Of a DNA stretch of 39,511 nucleotides, positions 1-9,959 are shown piece by piece. The notes below the pieces were generated by a model, which saw only the letters and a list, made by a program, of their open reading frames with translations, searched no databases and was not told the DNA's origin. The stretch comes from Candidatus Aerophobota bacterium (GTDB taxonomy: Bacteria > Aerophobota > Aerophobia > Aerophobales > B47-G16), in assembly GCA_003648815.1 (NCBI GenBank), contig QMPZ01000003.1, positions 1 through 39,511 of the forward strand, in the 5' to 3' direction. Every line of letters starts with the position of its first letter. Position 1 is the first letter of the stretch. The position numbers were made by a program, and so were the translations under genes.

Positions 1-33
1 CTCCCTGATCTTCCTCAACTCCTCTAATTTCAT
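1..33 (-). CDS. 5' end of next gene (partial), possibly a thioredoxin-like [2Fe-2S] ferredoxin subunit of the HydD/HndB type
   Basis: ATG at 33-31 preceded by GAGGG; reads MKLEELRKIRE to the window edge. The product is guessed from 11 residues only. Confidence 0.4.
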   Translation of the reverse strand, partial: MKLEELRKIRE

Positions 34-1531
34 CTTGTTCCCTCAATTTTAAGGCAGGCCTAAAGTCTTGTATATTTCGAGTAACCTTACCCTGGCCTAC
101 CAGCATTTTCCATATTCTCTCTTTATCCTTGTTCTTCAAATAGTAGTCTATGTATTTTGCCGCCCTTTTGCCCGCTCCTGCTGCCGAAATTACTGTAGCT
201 GCTCCGGTAGTAACATCACCACCGGCAAACACGCCCACCTTTGTCGTGGCGCCTGTTTTTTCGTTGACCAGAATGGTCCCTCGGACCGGATCGACCTTCA
301 AACCCGATGTTGTCTTGGCTATCAGGGGAGAGGGAGCCTGTCCGATGGCTACCCCCACCGTATCTAAGGGCATCTCAAATTCGGAGCCTTCTATGGGAAT
401 GGGTCTTCTTCTTCCTGAGGAATCAGGTTCGCCTAAGCGCATCCTGATGAGCCTTGCCTTTCTCACCCAGCCGTCCTCGTCGCCGATGTATTCCACCGGG
501 GCAACAAGAAACACAAATTCTATTCCCTCCTCCTCGGCATTTTCTATCTCCTCAATCCTGGCGGGCATCTCATTCCTTGTCCTTCGGTAAAGTATACTTA
601 CCTTCTTTGCCCCCGCCCTTAGGGCAACCCTTGCCGAGTCCATGGCTACATTTCCTCCACCAATCACGCCAACTTTTTTGCCGACCTTAACGGGGGTGTC
701 ATATTCGGGAAACTTATATGCCTTCATCAAGTTCATCCTCGTCAAAAACTCGTTGGCGGAGTAAATGCCCAAAAGATTTTCTCCAGGAATATGCATAAAT
801 CTCGGAAGACCCGCACCAGTCCCTATGAACACAGCTTCGTACCCATCCTCATTCATGAGCTCATCAACTCTCCTCGTCCTGCCCACAAAGAAATTGGTAA
901 CTATCCTCACCCCCAAGGACTTAATGTAATCTATCTCCCTTTTCACAATCTCCTTGGGCAACCTGAACTCGGGAATACCGTAGACGAGAACTCCTCCTGG
1001 AACATGAAGGGACTCAAAAATGGTGACGGAATAGCCCTTTTTGCTGAGTTCGCTTGCGCACACGAGACTGGCAGGTCCTGAACCAATCACTGCCACCTTT
1101 CTTCCATGAGAGGACTTTGAGGAGGGAGGAGCTGGGTCATTCTTCCTCGCCTCATGGTCGGCGACAAACCTCTCCAGCCTTCCAATGGCTACGGGTGCTC
1201 CTTTACGGGATAAAATACAGCTCTTCTCGCACTGGTCCTCCTGGGGACAAACCCTTCCACAGACCGCCGGAAGGGGATTGTTTTCCTTTATCAGCTTAGC
1301 TGCTTCCAAGAATTTTCCTTCCTTTATCTTTTTGATAAAGCCGGGTATATCAACCTCCACAGGACATCCCTTTACACAGGAAGGATTGCGGCATTGAAGG
1401 CACCTGTTTGCCTCCTCTAACGCCTCTTCCTCCGTATAGCCCAGGGCAACTTCATCAAAACTTTTTATCCTTTCCTGGGGCTGTCTTTTCCTCATAGGAG
1501 TTCTTTTTAGGATAAGCTTTTTGCTGCCCAT
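1..1531 (-). CDS. nfnB: NfnB / GltD-like large subunit of NADH-dependent ferredoxin:NADP+ oxidoreductase (3' partial)
   Basis: Missing from the ORF track because there is no stop in the window. Manual translation: MGSKKLILKRTPMRKRQPQERIKSFDEVALGY..RCLQCRNPSCVKGCPV..CGRVCPQEDQCE..GSGPAS..GGGNVAMD..FAGGDVTTGAATVI. Starts directly after the nfnA stop. Confidence 0.92.
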   Translation of the reverse strand, partial: MGSKKLILKRTPMRKRQPQERIKSFDEVALGYTEEEALEEANRCLQCRNPSCVKGCPVEVDIPGFIKKIKEGKFLEAAKLIKENNPLPAVCGRVCPQEDQCEKSCILSRKGAPVAIGRLERFVADHEARKNDPAPPSSKSSHGRKVAVIGSGPASLVCASELSKKGYSVTIFESLHVPGGVLVYGIPEFRLPKEIVKREIDYIKSLGVRIVTNFFVGRTRRVDELMNEDGYEAVFIGTGAGLPRFMHIPGENLLGIYSANEFLTRMNLMKAYKFPEYDTPVKVGKKVGVIGGGNVAMDSARVALRAGAKKVSILYRRTRNEMPARIEEIENAEEEGIEFVFLVAPVEYIGDEDGWVRKARLIRMRLGEPDSSGRRRPIPIEGSEFEMPLDTVGVAIGQAPSPLIAKTTSGLKVDPVRGTILVNEKTGATTKVGVFAGGDVTTGAATVISAAGAGKRAAKYIDYYLKNKDKERIWKMLVGQGKVTRNIQDFRPALKLREQDEIRGVEEDQG

Positions 1532-2374
1532 TTACTTACCCCTGTTTATGTTCTTCTCGAACCTGTCGAGGGAAATTTTTTCTTCCTCTTCATACATCCT
1601 CAACCTCTTCATGAGAAGGTCGAAGTTAACCTTATGAGCATCAAACTCAGGTCCATCCACGCAGGCAAACTTCGTCTCTCCGCCTATTTCGACTCTACAG
1701 GATCCACACATTCCCGTCCCATCGACCATTATTGGATTTAGGGAGACTATCGTCTTTATCTTGTATTTTCTCGTCAAATCAGAAGCTGCCTTCATCATCG
1801 GAACAGGACCCACGGCAAAGACCCTGTCTATCCTCCTGCCTTCCTCGAGGAATTTTTTTAAAAGATCGGTGACGAATCCCTTGACCCCCTTGGAGCCGTC
1901 ATCGGTGGTGACGTAGTACTCGTCGCTTAACTTTTTAAGCTCATCTTCTAAGAGGAGAAGTTTTTCGTTTCTTGCTCCGTTGATCGTGATGACGTAATTG
2001 CCTGCCTCCTTCAAAGCTTTAAGGAGAGGATAAAGCACTGCGGTGCCGAATCCACCTCCTAATGCCGCGATGGTGCCAAAATTTTCAATCTCCGTGGGGT
2101 TTCCCAAGGGTCCCAAAAGGTCCGATATGTTATCACCCACTTTAAGGAGGGAAAGGTATTTCGTGGTCTTTCCCACTACCTGAAAGATGATGCTCACCGT
2201 GCCCTTTTCTTTGTCGGTATCTGCAAGGGTGAGGGGAATCCTTTCCCCCTCTTCATACGCTCTCAGGATAACAAATTGTCCAGGCCTGGCAGACCTGGCG
2301 ACATGGGGAGCCTCTATGACAAATAGGTTTGATCCTGGCCCCAGCGTCCTTTTTTCTAATATCCTGTAGCCCAT
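1532..2374 (-). CDS. nfnA: NfnA small subunit (FAD/NAD-binding, [2Fe-2S]; SudB/PyrK family)
   Basis: RPGQFVILR, GERIPLT, GPLGNP, GGGFG, DGTGMCGSCR and FACVDGPEF motifs; adjacent to nfnB. Confidence 0.93.
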   Translation of the reverse strand: MGYRILEKRTLGPGSNLFVIEAPHVARSARPGQFVILRAYEEGERIPLTLADTDKEKGTVSIIFQVVGKTTKYLSLLKVGDNISDLLGPLGNPTEIENFGTIAALGGGFGTAVLYPLLKALKEAGNYVITINGARNEKLLLLEDELKKLSDEYYVTTDDGSKGVKGFVTDLLKKFLEEGRRIDRVFAVGPVPMMKAASDLTRKYKIKTIVSLNPIMVDGTGMCGSCRVEIGGETKFACVDGPEFDAHKVNFDLLMKRLRMYEEEEKISLDRFEKNINRGK

Positions 2375-2419
2375 AGCCAGTGCCTCCTTGCGCTTTCAAT
2401 GTTGGACTACCTCCTATTC

Positions 2420-2446
2420 ATTATATTAACAGGAAATTGCCTTCAA
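2420..2446 (-). promoter_or_regulatory. Candidate sigma70 promoter for nfnAB
   Basis: TTGAAG (2446-2441), 15 bp, TATAAT (2425-2420). The spacer is short. Confidence 0.4.
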
Positions 2447-2622
2447 GTATTTGTTGAATTTTATGGTCAAGGGTTAGTCCAGATTCGGCAAATTCTTCTT
2501 CAAAGCAGCCAACACTTCAAATCTGGACATAGTTTTTGATGACCAGGAAAGCTCATTAAAATAAAACAAAAATTTACCAAACATCCTTACTATGGTTGCC
2601 CCAACAGCATACTTGAACGCTC
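2439..2622. repeat. Nested inverted-repeat element (MITE-like or structured RNA)
   Basis: TTCAAGTAT 2442-2450 pairs with ATACTTGAA 2609-2617; TGTTG 2452-2456 with CAACA 2602-2606; GTCCAGATT 2477-2485 with AATCTGGAC 2520-2528; TGGTCA 2464-2469 with TGACCA 2540-2545. AAATT lies on both flanks. Confidence 0.55.
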
Positions 2623-2625
2623 AAA

Positions 2626-3978
2626 TTAAAGGATATATCGGGACAGGTCCTCACTTTCCACTATGTCCTTTAACCTCTCCCTGACATATTTGGCGGTGAT
2701 GGTAAAGGATTTTCCCTTCATATACGGAGCCTCAAAGGAAATTTCCTCCAATAGCTTTTCCATAACCGTATGCAGCCTCCTTGCTCCAATATCCTCCGTC
2801 CGCTCATTGACCAGAAAGGCTAAGGAGGCAATTTCCCTAATTGCCTCCTCCTCAAATACGAGATCTACCCCCTCTGTCTTCATTAAGGCCTGAGACTGTT
2901 TTATTAAGGCATTTTTCGGCTCGGTTAATATCCTCTCAAAATCCTTCTGGTTAAGCCTTTTTAGCTCTACTCGGATGGGAAATCTTCCCTGAAGTTCGGG
3001 AATTAAATCAGAAGGGGAGACATCATGGAAAGTCCCCGCAGCTATGAAGAGGATGTGGTCAGTCTTGACGGCTCCATAGCGAGTAATTACCGTTGTTCCC
3101 TCCACGATGGGCAAAAGGTCCCTTTGCACACCTTCTCGGGAGACATCGGCTTTATTTATTCCTCCTCCGGCGATCTTGTCTATCTCGTCGATGAATATTA
3201 TCCCCGAGTTTTCCACCCTCCGCAGGGCTTCCTCGACGACCTTATCTCTGTCGATAAGTTTCTGAGCCTCCTCTTCGGTGATGATCTGACGGGCTTCTTT
3301 GATGGGAACCTTTCTTTTCCTTAACCGTTTAGGAAACATATCGCCCAACATATCCTGAAAGTTCATTCCCAACTGTTCTGCACCGGCACTGCTGAATATT
3401 TCTATCATCGGGACGAACTTCTCCGCCATCTGTATCTCAACTAATCTGTCCTCCAATTCCTTGTTCCTGAGTTTCGCCCTCAGCTTCTCCCTCGCCTTTC
3501 TCGCCTTCTCCACTCTCTCGTTCTTCTCATCATCCCTCTCCGATGGACTTGTCCGGGGAAGGGGCAGAAGAATGTCCAATAGCCTCTCCTCGGCAAGTTC
3601 CTTTGCCTTCTCCCTTACCCGCTTCATCATCTCCATCCTCACCGTGTGGACCGCTACATTGGTCAGATCCCTGACCATGGATTCCACATCTCTACCCACA
3701 TAGCCCACCTCAGTGTACTTACTCGCCTCAACTTTTAAAAAAGGAGCCTGAGCCAGCTGAGCTAATCTCCGGGCAATCTCCGTCTTTCCCACCCCGGTAG
3801 GCCCTATCATGATAATGTTCTTGGGGGCAACTTCGTCACGAAGTTTGGCGGGTAGTTTCTGACGACGCCAGCGGTTTCGCAAGGCGATGGCTACAGCGCG
3901 CTTGGCTTCCTTCTGTCCAATGATGTATTTGTCGAGCTCCTTTACGATATTCTTAGGAGTGAGCCATTTTTCCCTCAT
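2626..3978 (-). CDS. hslU: ATP-dependent protease ATPase subunit HslU (ClpY)
   Basis: [17 protein letters not shown], Walker [34 protein letters not shown]-terminal DLSRYIL. Confidence 0.98.
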   Translation of the reverse strand: MREKWLTPKNIVKELDKYIIGQKEAKRAVAIALRNRWRRQKLPAKLRDEVAPKNIIMIGPTGVGKTEIARRLAQLAQAPFLKVEASKYTEVGYVGRDVESMVRDLTNVAVHTVRMEMMKRVREKAKELAEERLLDILLPLPRTSPSERDDEKNERVEKARKAREKLRAKLRNKELEDRLVEIQMAEKFVPMIEIFSSAGAEQLGMNFQDMLGDMFPKRLRKRKVPIKEARQIITEEEAQKLIDRDKVVEEALRRVENSGIIFIDEIDKIAGGGINKADVSREGVQRDLLPIVEGTTVITRYGAVKTDHILFIAAGTFHDVSPSDLIPELQGRFPIRVELKRLNQKDFERILTEPKNALIKQSQALMKTEGVDLVFEEEAIREIASLAFLVNERTEDIGARRLHTVMEKLLEEISFEAPYMKGKSFTITAKYVRERLKDIVESEDLSRYIL

Positions 3979-4506
3979 TTATAACTCCTCAATGGTGATC
4001 TGGTCGTTGGTATAAATGCAGAGAGAGGCAGTTATGTGCATAGCAATCTCGACAACTTTTCGAGGTGGAAAATCAGTATGTTCTGCCAGAGCTCGAGCGG
4101 CCGCCATGGCATATCCTGCACCTGAGCCAATGGCCACCACCCGCTCATCGGGTTCAATTACATCGCCACTTCCCGAAATGACCAGGGTCCTTTCCCTGTT
4201 GGCCACGATCATCAAGGCCTCCAGCCTTCTCAAGACCTTATCTTGCCTCCAATCCTTGGCCAACTCCAGGGAGGCGCGGGCAAGATTTCCTTGATACTGT
4301 TCAATTTTCTTCTCGAATTTTTCAAAAAGGGTAAGAGCATCAGCCACTGCTCCGGCAAATCCCGCCAGAACAGTTCCCCTGTAGAGCTTTCTTATCTTCT
4401 GAGCTCTTTGCTTCATAATTATGTTCTCAAAGGTGACCTGTCCATCTCCTCCGATGGCCACCTTATCCTTATCCCTGACCGCTAATATGGTGGTAGAATG
4501 AATCAT
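3979..4506 (-). CDS. hslV: ATP-dependent protease peptidase subunit HslV (ClpQ)
   Basis: [10 protein letters not shown]-terminal Thr nucleophile, GDGQVT, AGFAG, AIGSG. Confidence 0.98.
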   Translation of the reverse strand: MIHSTTILAVRDKDKVAIGGDGQVTFENIIMKQRAQKIRKLYRGTVLAGFAGAVADALTLFEKFEKKIEQYQGNLARASLELAKDWRQDKVLRRLEALMIVANRERTLVISGSGDVIEPDERVVAIGSGAGYAMAAARALAEHTDFPPRKVVEIAMHITASLCIYTNDQITIEEL

Positions 4507-4507
4507 C

Positions 4508-5383
4508 TTAAGCTCTCGGATGAGACTTTTGGTAAACCTCCTTTAGCCTGCGAGGAGTTATATGGGTATAAATCTGAGTGGTGGAAAGCCTCTCATGTCC
4601 TAACAGCTCCTGAACGACCCTAAGGTCTGCCCCCCGATTCAAAAGATGGGTGGCGAAGGAATGACGCATCGTGTGAGGAGTGACCCGTTTGGAGATTTCC
4701 GCCAGAGCAAGGTAATCCTTTAGTTTTCTTCTTATCGCTGTCTCAGACAGCCTCCTTCCAAATCTGTTCAAAAAAACAGCCTCCTCCCCCGCCTTCACCT
4801 TCTCCTTCCTTTTCCTTAAATAGTCGGCTAAAGCCTCTATGGCATACCTTCCTAAGGGAATCATCCTTTCCTTGCCTCCTTTTCCCTTTACCCTTACCAC
4901 CTCTTCTGAAAGGTCCAAATCATCTAAATTTAAACCAACTATCTCGGCTATCCTCATACCAGTTGCGTACAAAAGTTCCAGAATAGCTTTATCTCTGCAA
5001 CGAAAAAAGTCCTCTCCTTCCACCTTCTCCAGGAGGGACTTTACCTCATCTTCCTCTAAGAAAGAGGGAATCCTTTTATCCAGCTTGGGACTGCGCAGGT
5101 TAGCCAGAAGAAAAGAGGCAAGGTGTCCCTTAGAATAAAGATAATGGAAAAAACAACGAAGGGCTGCTACCCGTCGAGCAAGGGTTGACTTCGTCATTCC
5201 TTTTTCCTGAAGCTTTCTTAAATACCTTCGGGCAAGGGAGTAGTCCACCTCTTCTACATCTTTGTGTATGGAGCTTAAATATTTTCCAAAATCCCTGATA
5301 TCGCTCAGATAAGCCTTAATCGTCTGAGGAGAAAGGCTTTTCTCATTTTTCAGGTACTGAGTAAACTGGCTCAGAAACTTCAT
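4508..5383 (-). CDS. xerC: Tyrosine recombinase XerC (CodV-like)
   Basis: [34 protein letters not shown] catalytic residues; conserved topA-xerC-hslVU context. Confidence 0.92.
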   Translation of the reverse strand: MKFLSQFTQYLKNEKSLSPQTIKAYLSDIRDFGKYLSSIHKDVEEVDYSLARRYLRKLQEKGMTKSTLARRVAALRCFFHYLYSKGHLASFLLANLRSPKLDKRIPSFLEEDEVKSLLEKVEGEDFFRCRDKAILELLYATGMRIAEIVGLNLDDLDLSEEVVRVKGKGGKERMIPLGRYAIEALADYLRKRKEKVKAGEEAVFLNRFGRRLSETAIRRKLKDYLALAEISKRVTPHTMRHSFATHLLNRGADLRVVQELLGHERLSTTQIYTHITPRRLKEVYQKSHPRA

Positions 5384-7499
5384 TCTTCCTAACTCTCCTT
5401 CTCATGATCTTAATAAGGACGCTGTCCATTCTCTTTTCCTCTATTATATAATCATCGACTTTTTTGTCACATTTAGGACACCTTATCTGACCCTTGATCT
5501 TCACCAGATAAGGATTTTTGCAATAAGGACACTCCTCCTTTAAAGGCTCGCCTTCCAGGACGAACTCACATTGAGGAAATTTTGAACATCCATAAAAGAC
5601 TTTCCCATCCCTGGATGTCCTCTGTATTATCTCTCCGTCACAACCACGGGAAGGACATCTTATCCCCGTGCTCCTGACAAGAGGTCTGGTGTTCTTGCAA
5701 TCAGGATAGTTAGAGCAGGCCAAGAACTCCCCGTATCGACCAAACTTGAGGACCATCTTCGCCCCGCACTTCTCACATTTAAAGCTTTCCACTTCCAGAC
5801 CATCCCTTTTCACATTCTTCATCTCCTCCTCGGCCTTTTTCAGGTCCTTCTTGAAACACTCATAAAACTCCTCTACCAGCGCCGTCCATTTTTTCTCCCC
5901 CTGCTCGACTATGTCCAGTCCCTCCTCCATTTGAGCGGTAAACCCCGTATCGATGATGGTAGAAAAGCTTCTCTTCAGAAGTTCGGTCACCACCCTCGCC
6001 AAGGGCGTGGGGACGAGCTTGCCTTTTTCCTCCTTTACGTAACCTCTCTCCTTGATGGTGGAGATGATGGGTGCATAAGTACTTGGCCTGCCTATTCCCT
6101 TCTCCTCCAATGTCTTTATAAGAGTAGCCTGAGTATAACGAGAAGGGGGTTGAGTAAAGCATTGTTTTAAGACAAGTTCCTTTAATTTTAAGACAGAGCC
6201 TTTCCTGAGCGGGGGAAGATCTTCCTTCTCCTCAACCCTTTCCCTGTAAATCAGGGTAAAGCCAGGAAACTCAACTTTTCTGCTCTCAGCCCTGAAAAGA
6301 AAAGGTCCTCCTTTGATGTCCACGCTGACCACCTTAAGGATCATCTCCCTCATCTGTGAGGCAACAAATTTCCTCCAGATTAAATCGTAGAGCTTAAAAT
6401 GATCCTGGGAGAGATACGGCTTCACCTTATCCGGAGTCCTCCAGATACTGGTGGGTCTTATCGCCTCATGAGCATCCTGGCTGGATTTTCTGTTTTTATA
6501 TTGAGGTATATCCTTCGGCAAGAACTCCTCTCCCAGCTCCTTTCTCAGGTACTTTCTTGCCTCCTCCTGGGCCTCCTTAGCCACCCTCACCGAATCCGTC
6601 CTCATGTAAGTGATCAATCCCACCCTGCCCTCACCTCCGATTTCCTGTCCTTCATATAGCTCCTGGGCTATCCTCATCGTCTTGTTAGCAGAAAACCCTA
6701 ATCGAGACCATGCTGCCTGCTGCAGGGTGCTGGTGATAAAAGGAGGGGAGGGAAATCTTCTTTTTTCCTCTTCCTTCACCTTATCTACACGGCATCTTTC
6801 TTTCCTTACCCTCTCGATAACTTCTCTCACTTTACCTTCACTCTTTATAGCTACCTTTTTTCCATCAATCTGAGCTAACTTTGCCTCTAAAATAGCTTTC
6901 TTTCTCAAGGGGGCAAATTTAGCCAAAACTGTCCAGTACTCCTGGGGATTGAATTCCTCAATTTCCTTCTCTCGCTCGCAAATCAACCTCACCGCCACCG
7001 ATTGAACTCTTCCTGCTGAAAGTCCTCTTCTTACCTTTTTCCACAAAAGAGGAGAAAGCTTATAGCCCACCAACCTATCCAAAACCCTTCTTCCCTGTTG
7101 AGCCTCTACCTTATTGAGGTCGATCTGAGAAGGATTTTCTATGGCCTTCTGAATTGCTCCTTTCGTTATCTGATTGAAGATAACCCTCACCGCTTTTTTA
7201 TGATTTAGCTCCTGAGAAAGATGCCAGGAAATGGCTTCACCTTCCCTGTCCATATCGGTGGCCAGATAAATTCGTTTTGCCTTTTGGCTCAGCTTCTTAA
7301 GTTTTTCCACAATCTTTTCCTTGCCAGGAATGATCTGGTAGGTAGGCTTAAACCCATTTTTTATGTCCACCCCTAAGCGGTTCTCCGGCAAATCCTTTAT
7401 GTGTCCGTAACAGGATTCCACCTGAAAGGCTTTGCCGAGAAACCTGTTTATGGTCTTAGCTTTGGCCGGAGACTCTACAATGACTAAATTCTTAGACAT
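5343..7499 (-). CDS. topA: DNA topoisomerase I
   Basis: VIVESPAKAKTI, ATDMDREGE, SAGRVQS, LITYMRTD, GIGRPSTY; C-terminal C4 zinc ribbons. Confidence 0.98.
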   Translation of the reverse strand: MSKNLVIVESPAKAKTINRFLGKAFQVESCYGHIKDLPENRLGVDIKNGFKPTYQIIPGKEKIVEKLKKLSQKAKRIYLATDMDREGEAISWHLSQELNHKKAVRVIFNQITKGAIQKAIENPSQIDLNKVEAQQGRRVLDRLVGYKLSPLLWKKVRRGLSAGRVQSVAVRLICEREKEIEEFNPQEYWTVLAKFAPLRKKAILEAKLAQIDGKKVAIKSEGKVREVIERVRKERCRVDKVKEEEKRRFPSPPFITSTLQQAAWSRLGFSANKTMRIAQELYEGQEIGGEGRVGLITYMRTDSVRVAKEAQEEARKYLRKELGEEFLPKDIPQYKNRKSSQDAHEAIRPTSIWRTPDKVKPYLSQDHFKLYDLIWRKFVASQMREMILKVVSVDIKGGPFLFRAESRKVEFPGFTLIYRERVEEKEDLPPLRKGSVLKLKELVLKQCFTQPPSRYTQATLIKTLEEKGIGRPSTYAPIISTIKERGYVKEEKGKLVPTPLARVVTELLKRSFSTIIDTGFTAQMEEGLDIVEQGEKKWTALVEEFYECFKKDLKKAEEEMKNVKRDGLEVESFKCEKCGAKMVLKFGRYGEFLACSNYPDCKNTRPLVRSTGIRCPSRGCDGEIIQRTSRDGKVFYGCSKFPQCEFVLEGEPLKEECPYCKNPYLVKIKGQIRCPKCDKKVDDYIIEEKRMDSVLIKIMRRRVRKNEVSEPVYSVPEK
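5443..5470 (-). promoter_or_regulatory. Possible internal promoter for xerC-hslVU in the topA tail
   Basis: GTGACA (5470-5465), 16 bp, TATAAT (5448-5443), about 60 nt upstream of the xerC ATG. Confidence 0.4.
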
Positions 7500-7504
7500 A
7501 AGCC

Positions 7505-8608
7505 TTAACCTTTAACGAATAGTTTTCCGGGAAGCTCCCGTACCAAACCCTTTAACTGGAGGCCTACCAGGACTGCCGCTACCTTAGAGGCAGACATTCC
7601 GCTACCACTAATTATGAAATCGATATGGACGGGAACATCCTTTAATAAGGAAAAAATTTTTTTCTCCTCTAAAGAAAGAGACCTTTCCTTTTCCTCAGCT
7701 CTCTTCATCGCGGCTCGATCCTCACAAAGAGAAAAGCCCAGCTCTTCCATTACATCCTCGACACTTTCCACCAGCTTCGCCCCCTCTTTGATCAGGCGAT
7801 TTACTCCTTGACTTGTGGGACTGTTTATCTGTCCCGGAACCGCAAAGACCTCCCTTCCTTGTTCCAGGGCAAAGTCGACCGTGATCAAGGCTCCACTTCT
7901 TAAGGGAGCCTCCACCACCAGTACCCCCTTGCTTAAACCACTGATGATGCGATTACGCTGAGGAAAATTCGGTGCTTCAGGTAAGGTTCCAAGAGGAAAC
8001 TCAGAGACCACTGCTCCATTTTTGACGATTTCCTCCATCAGCTTTCTGTTCTCAGGGGGATAGACCACATCTATCCCACATCCGAGCACGGCAATGGTCC
8101 TTGCTCCTACCTCAAGGGCTCCCTGATGTGCTGCCGTATCAATGCCCCGGGCCATTCCACTGACGATGGTAACTCCCCTCCTTCCAAGGTCTCGAGCTAA
8201 CCTTCTGGCCGTAAGCCTTCCATAGGTAGTGGCTCTTCGAGTCCCCACTATGGCAACAGCATTCTCATCCTCCTTTTTCAGCTCACCTCTTACATAGAGG
8301 AGAAAGGGAGGATCGCTGATCGTTCTCAGGTTAACAGGATAAAGTGAATCCTGAAAGTTGACGAGAGTTATGCCCACTTCATCCATATACTCCAGGTCCT
8401 TTTCTACATCTACGCTTTCTCGAGCTCGAACTATGGAAAGGGCCACCTCCTTCCCTATTCCAGGAACCTCCATAAGTTTTTTTACTGAAGCAGAAAGAAC
8501 CTTTCCGGGAGATCCAAAATGCCTCACCAACTCACGACACCTCTTGGGACCAAGATGGGATACCTTGCTTAAAAGTATCCAATCCCTGTAGGAGTCTATA
8601 TGCCTCAT
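7505..8608 (-). CDS. dprA: DNA-processing protein DprA
   Basis: AIVGTRR, IVSGMARGIDTAAH, FPQRNRIISGLS, SGALIT, C-terminal winged helix. Start at 8608 (GAGG SD) preferred over 8647. Confidence 0.96.
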   Translation of the reverse strand: MRHIDSYRDWILLSKVSHLGPKRCRELVRHFGSPGKVLSASVKKLMEVPGIGKEVALSIVRARESVDVEKDLEYMDEVGITLVNFQDSLYPVNLRTISDPPFLLYVRGELKKEDENAVAIVGTRRATTYGRLTARRLARDLGRRGVTIVSGMARGIDTAAHQGALEVGARTIAVLGCGIDVVYPPENRKLMEEIVKNGAVVSEFPLGTLPEAPNFPQRNRIISGLSKGVLVVEAPLRSGALITVDFALEQGREVFAVPGQINSPTSQGVNRLIKEGAKLVESVEDVMEELGFSLCEDRAAMKRAEEKERSLSLEEKKIFSLLKDVPVHIDFIISGSGMSASKVAAVLVGLQLKGLVRELPGKLFVKG

Positions 8609-8662
8609 ACTTTCCTCTCGACGCTTCGCTGCTTCCCCCGAGAGCATCTCATCTTGAATAAT

Positions 8663-9946
8663 TTAGAAGGCTCCATTCTGTTCGTCAAGCTCTCTTATCA
8701 CCAGGCCACTTAAAAGCTTGGGATAGAAGTAGCTGGTCTTCGGAGGCATCACTTTGCCGGCAAGGGAGATCTCTCTTATCTGCCTTAAAGAAGGGGGTTT
8801 CAAGAAGAAGGCTATCTGATAGTCTCCTTTTCTGATTAAACTTACTGCCTTCTCCTCATCCTTCACAAAATCGATGTCCTCACCTTTCTTCCAATCCTTT
8901 CTCTTTAAGATCTTCTCCAATATCAGCTCGTTCAAGATAGCACTGTCCACCTTCCCCTGAAAGCTATCCTTATAGGTTTCCTTCAGACTTAAAAAATAAT
9001 ACCTCTTCTCCCCGCAATACATTCCGAAGGCACAGTCCTCTCCTGTGCCTCGCAGTCGCTCAAGCATCCTTTTCCTTTGCCTCTTCTCGTCCTTCGGGGA
9101 AAACTCGAATACCTCTATGTTGAAAAACTCGCTTAAGCTTTCCTTCAGTTGAGCAAGCTTTCTTACTCCAAGATTTCTTACAGCCCTGTGCACGGGAAGG
9201 ATGGTGGCGGAGCCGCCTTCCATATTTAAGAAATACATCATCACAAAATCCTCTCCTCTTCCCTTTCCTCCCATTTCCTCCCTGAAGCTAAGCGCTGTGA
9301 GATAGCGGTGATGTCCATCAGCAATGAACACCTTCTTGTCCTTCATCTCCTCAGCTATCTCCTCGATCACGCTCTTGTCCCTGATGGCTCCTAAACTGTG
9401 CCTTACCCCATCCTTATCCCTTATCGAAAAAAGGAAGCTCGCTCTCTCTATCCGCTCATCCACCCTATGGGAGCGGTCTGAATACAGGGAAAATATAGGG
9501 CTGAAGTTAGCTCTGCAGGCTCTGAGCAACCTTAACCGATCCAGCCTGGCATGAGGAAGGGTCCTTTCATGAGGAAAGATCACTCCGGAGCCGAATTTTT
9601 CCAGTTTCATTAAGGCGATAAATCCTCTTCGCCTTACCCTCCTCTCTTCAAAAGGATACTCCTGCTCATAGACATATATGGCTGGCACTTTTTCCTTTAC
9701 CAATATACCAGAGGAAAGCCATTTTTTAAAGTAATTTCTCGCACGCGTATACTTGTTTTCCTCCTCTGTGTCAGCAGGATATTCCTCGCCTAATATAATA
9801 CGGATGATATTGTAGGGATGAAGCTGATGGTAAAATTTTTGTTCAGAAGGAGAGATCACATCATAGGGAGGAGCCAGAACCTTTGTCAAGTCGCCTACCT
9901 TTTTCTCATCGTAGATGATGCCTTGAAAGGGACGGATCATAAGCAT
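8663..9946 (-). CDS. DUF1015 family protein (ParB/Srx-like)
   Basis: APPYDVIS, PHERT, IADGHHRY, MPPKTSYFYPKL. Start at 9946 follows AAGGAG. Confidence 0.9.
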   Translation of the reverse strand: MLMIRPFQGIIYDEKKVGDLTKVLAPPYDVISPSEQKFYHQLHPYNIIRIILGEEYPADTEEENKYTRARNYFKKWLSSGILVKEKVPAIYVYEQEYPFEERRVRRRGFIALMKLEKFGSGVIFPHERTLPHARLDRLRLLRACRANFSPIFSLYSDRSHRVDERIERASFLFSIRDKDGVRHSLGAIRDKSVIEEIAEEMKDKKVFIADGHHRYLTALSFREEMGGKGRGEDFVMMYFLNMEGGSATILPVHRAVRNLGVRKLAQLKESLSEFFNIEVFEFSPKDEKRQRKRMLERLRGTGEDCAFGMYCGEKRYYFLSLKETYKDSFQGKVDSAILNELILEKILKRKDWKKGEDIDFVKDEEKAVSLIRKGDYQIAFFLKPPSLRQIREISLAGKVMPPKTSYFYPKLLSGLVIRELDEQNGAF

Positions 9947-9959
9947 CGATTGGACTCCT

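Noticed and set aside
68-1397. Several plus-strand ORFs (e.g. 150-590)
   Set aside because: Antisense shadows of nfnB, which the ORF track missed because it lacks a stop in the window.
2451-2470. Rex operator upstream of nfnAB (also TTGTGATA near 25605-25612 and 33297-33304)
   Set aside because: Only half-site matches to TTGTGAA-N4-TTCACAA.
2474-2530. 18-codon minus ORF MSRFEVLAALKKNLPNLD, faintly like a receiver-domain fragment
   Set aside because: No SD and too short; its ends coincide with the inverted repeat, so it is probably incidental.
4508-5383. Tyrosine recombinase as a prophage or island integrase
   Set aside because: Housekeeping topA-xerC-hslVU context; no att sites, tRNA or phage genes seen.
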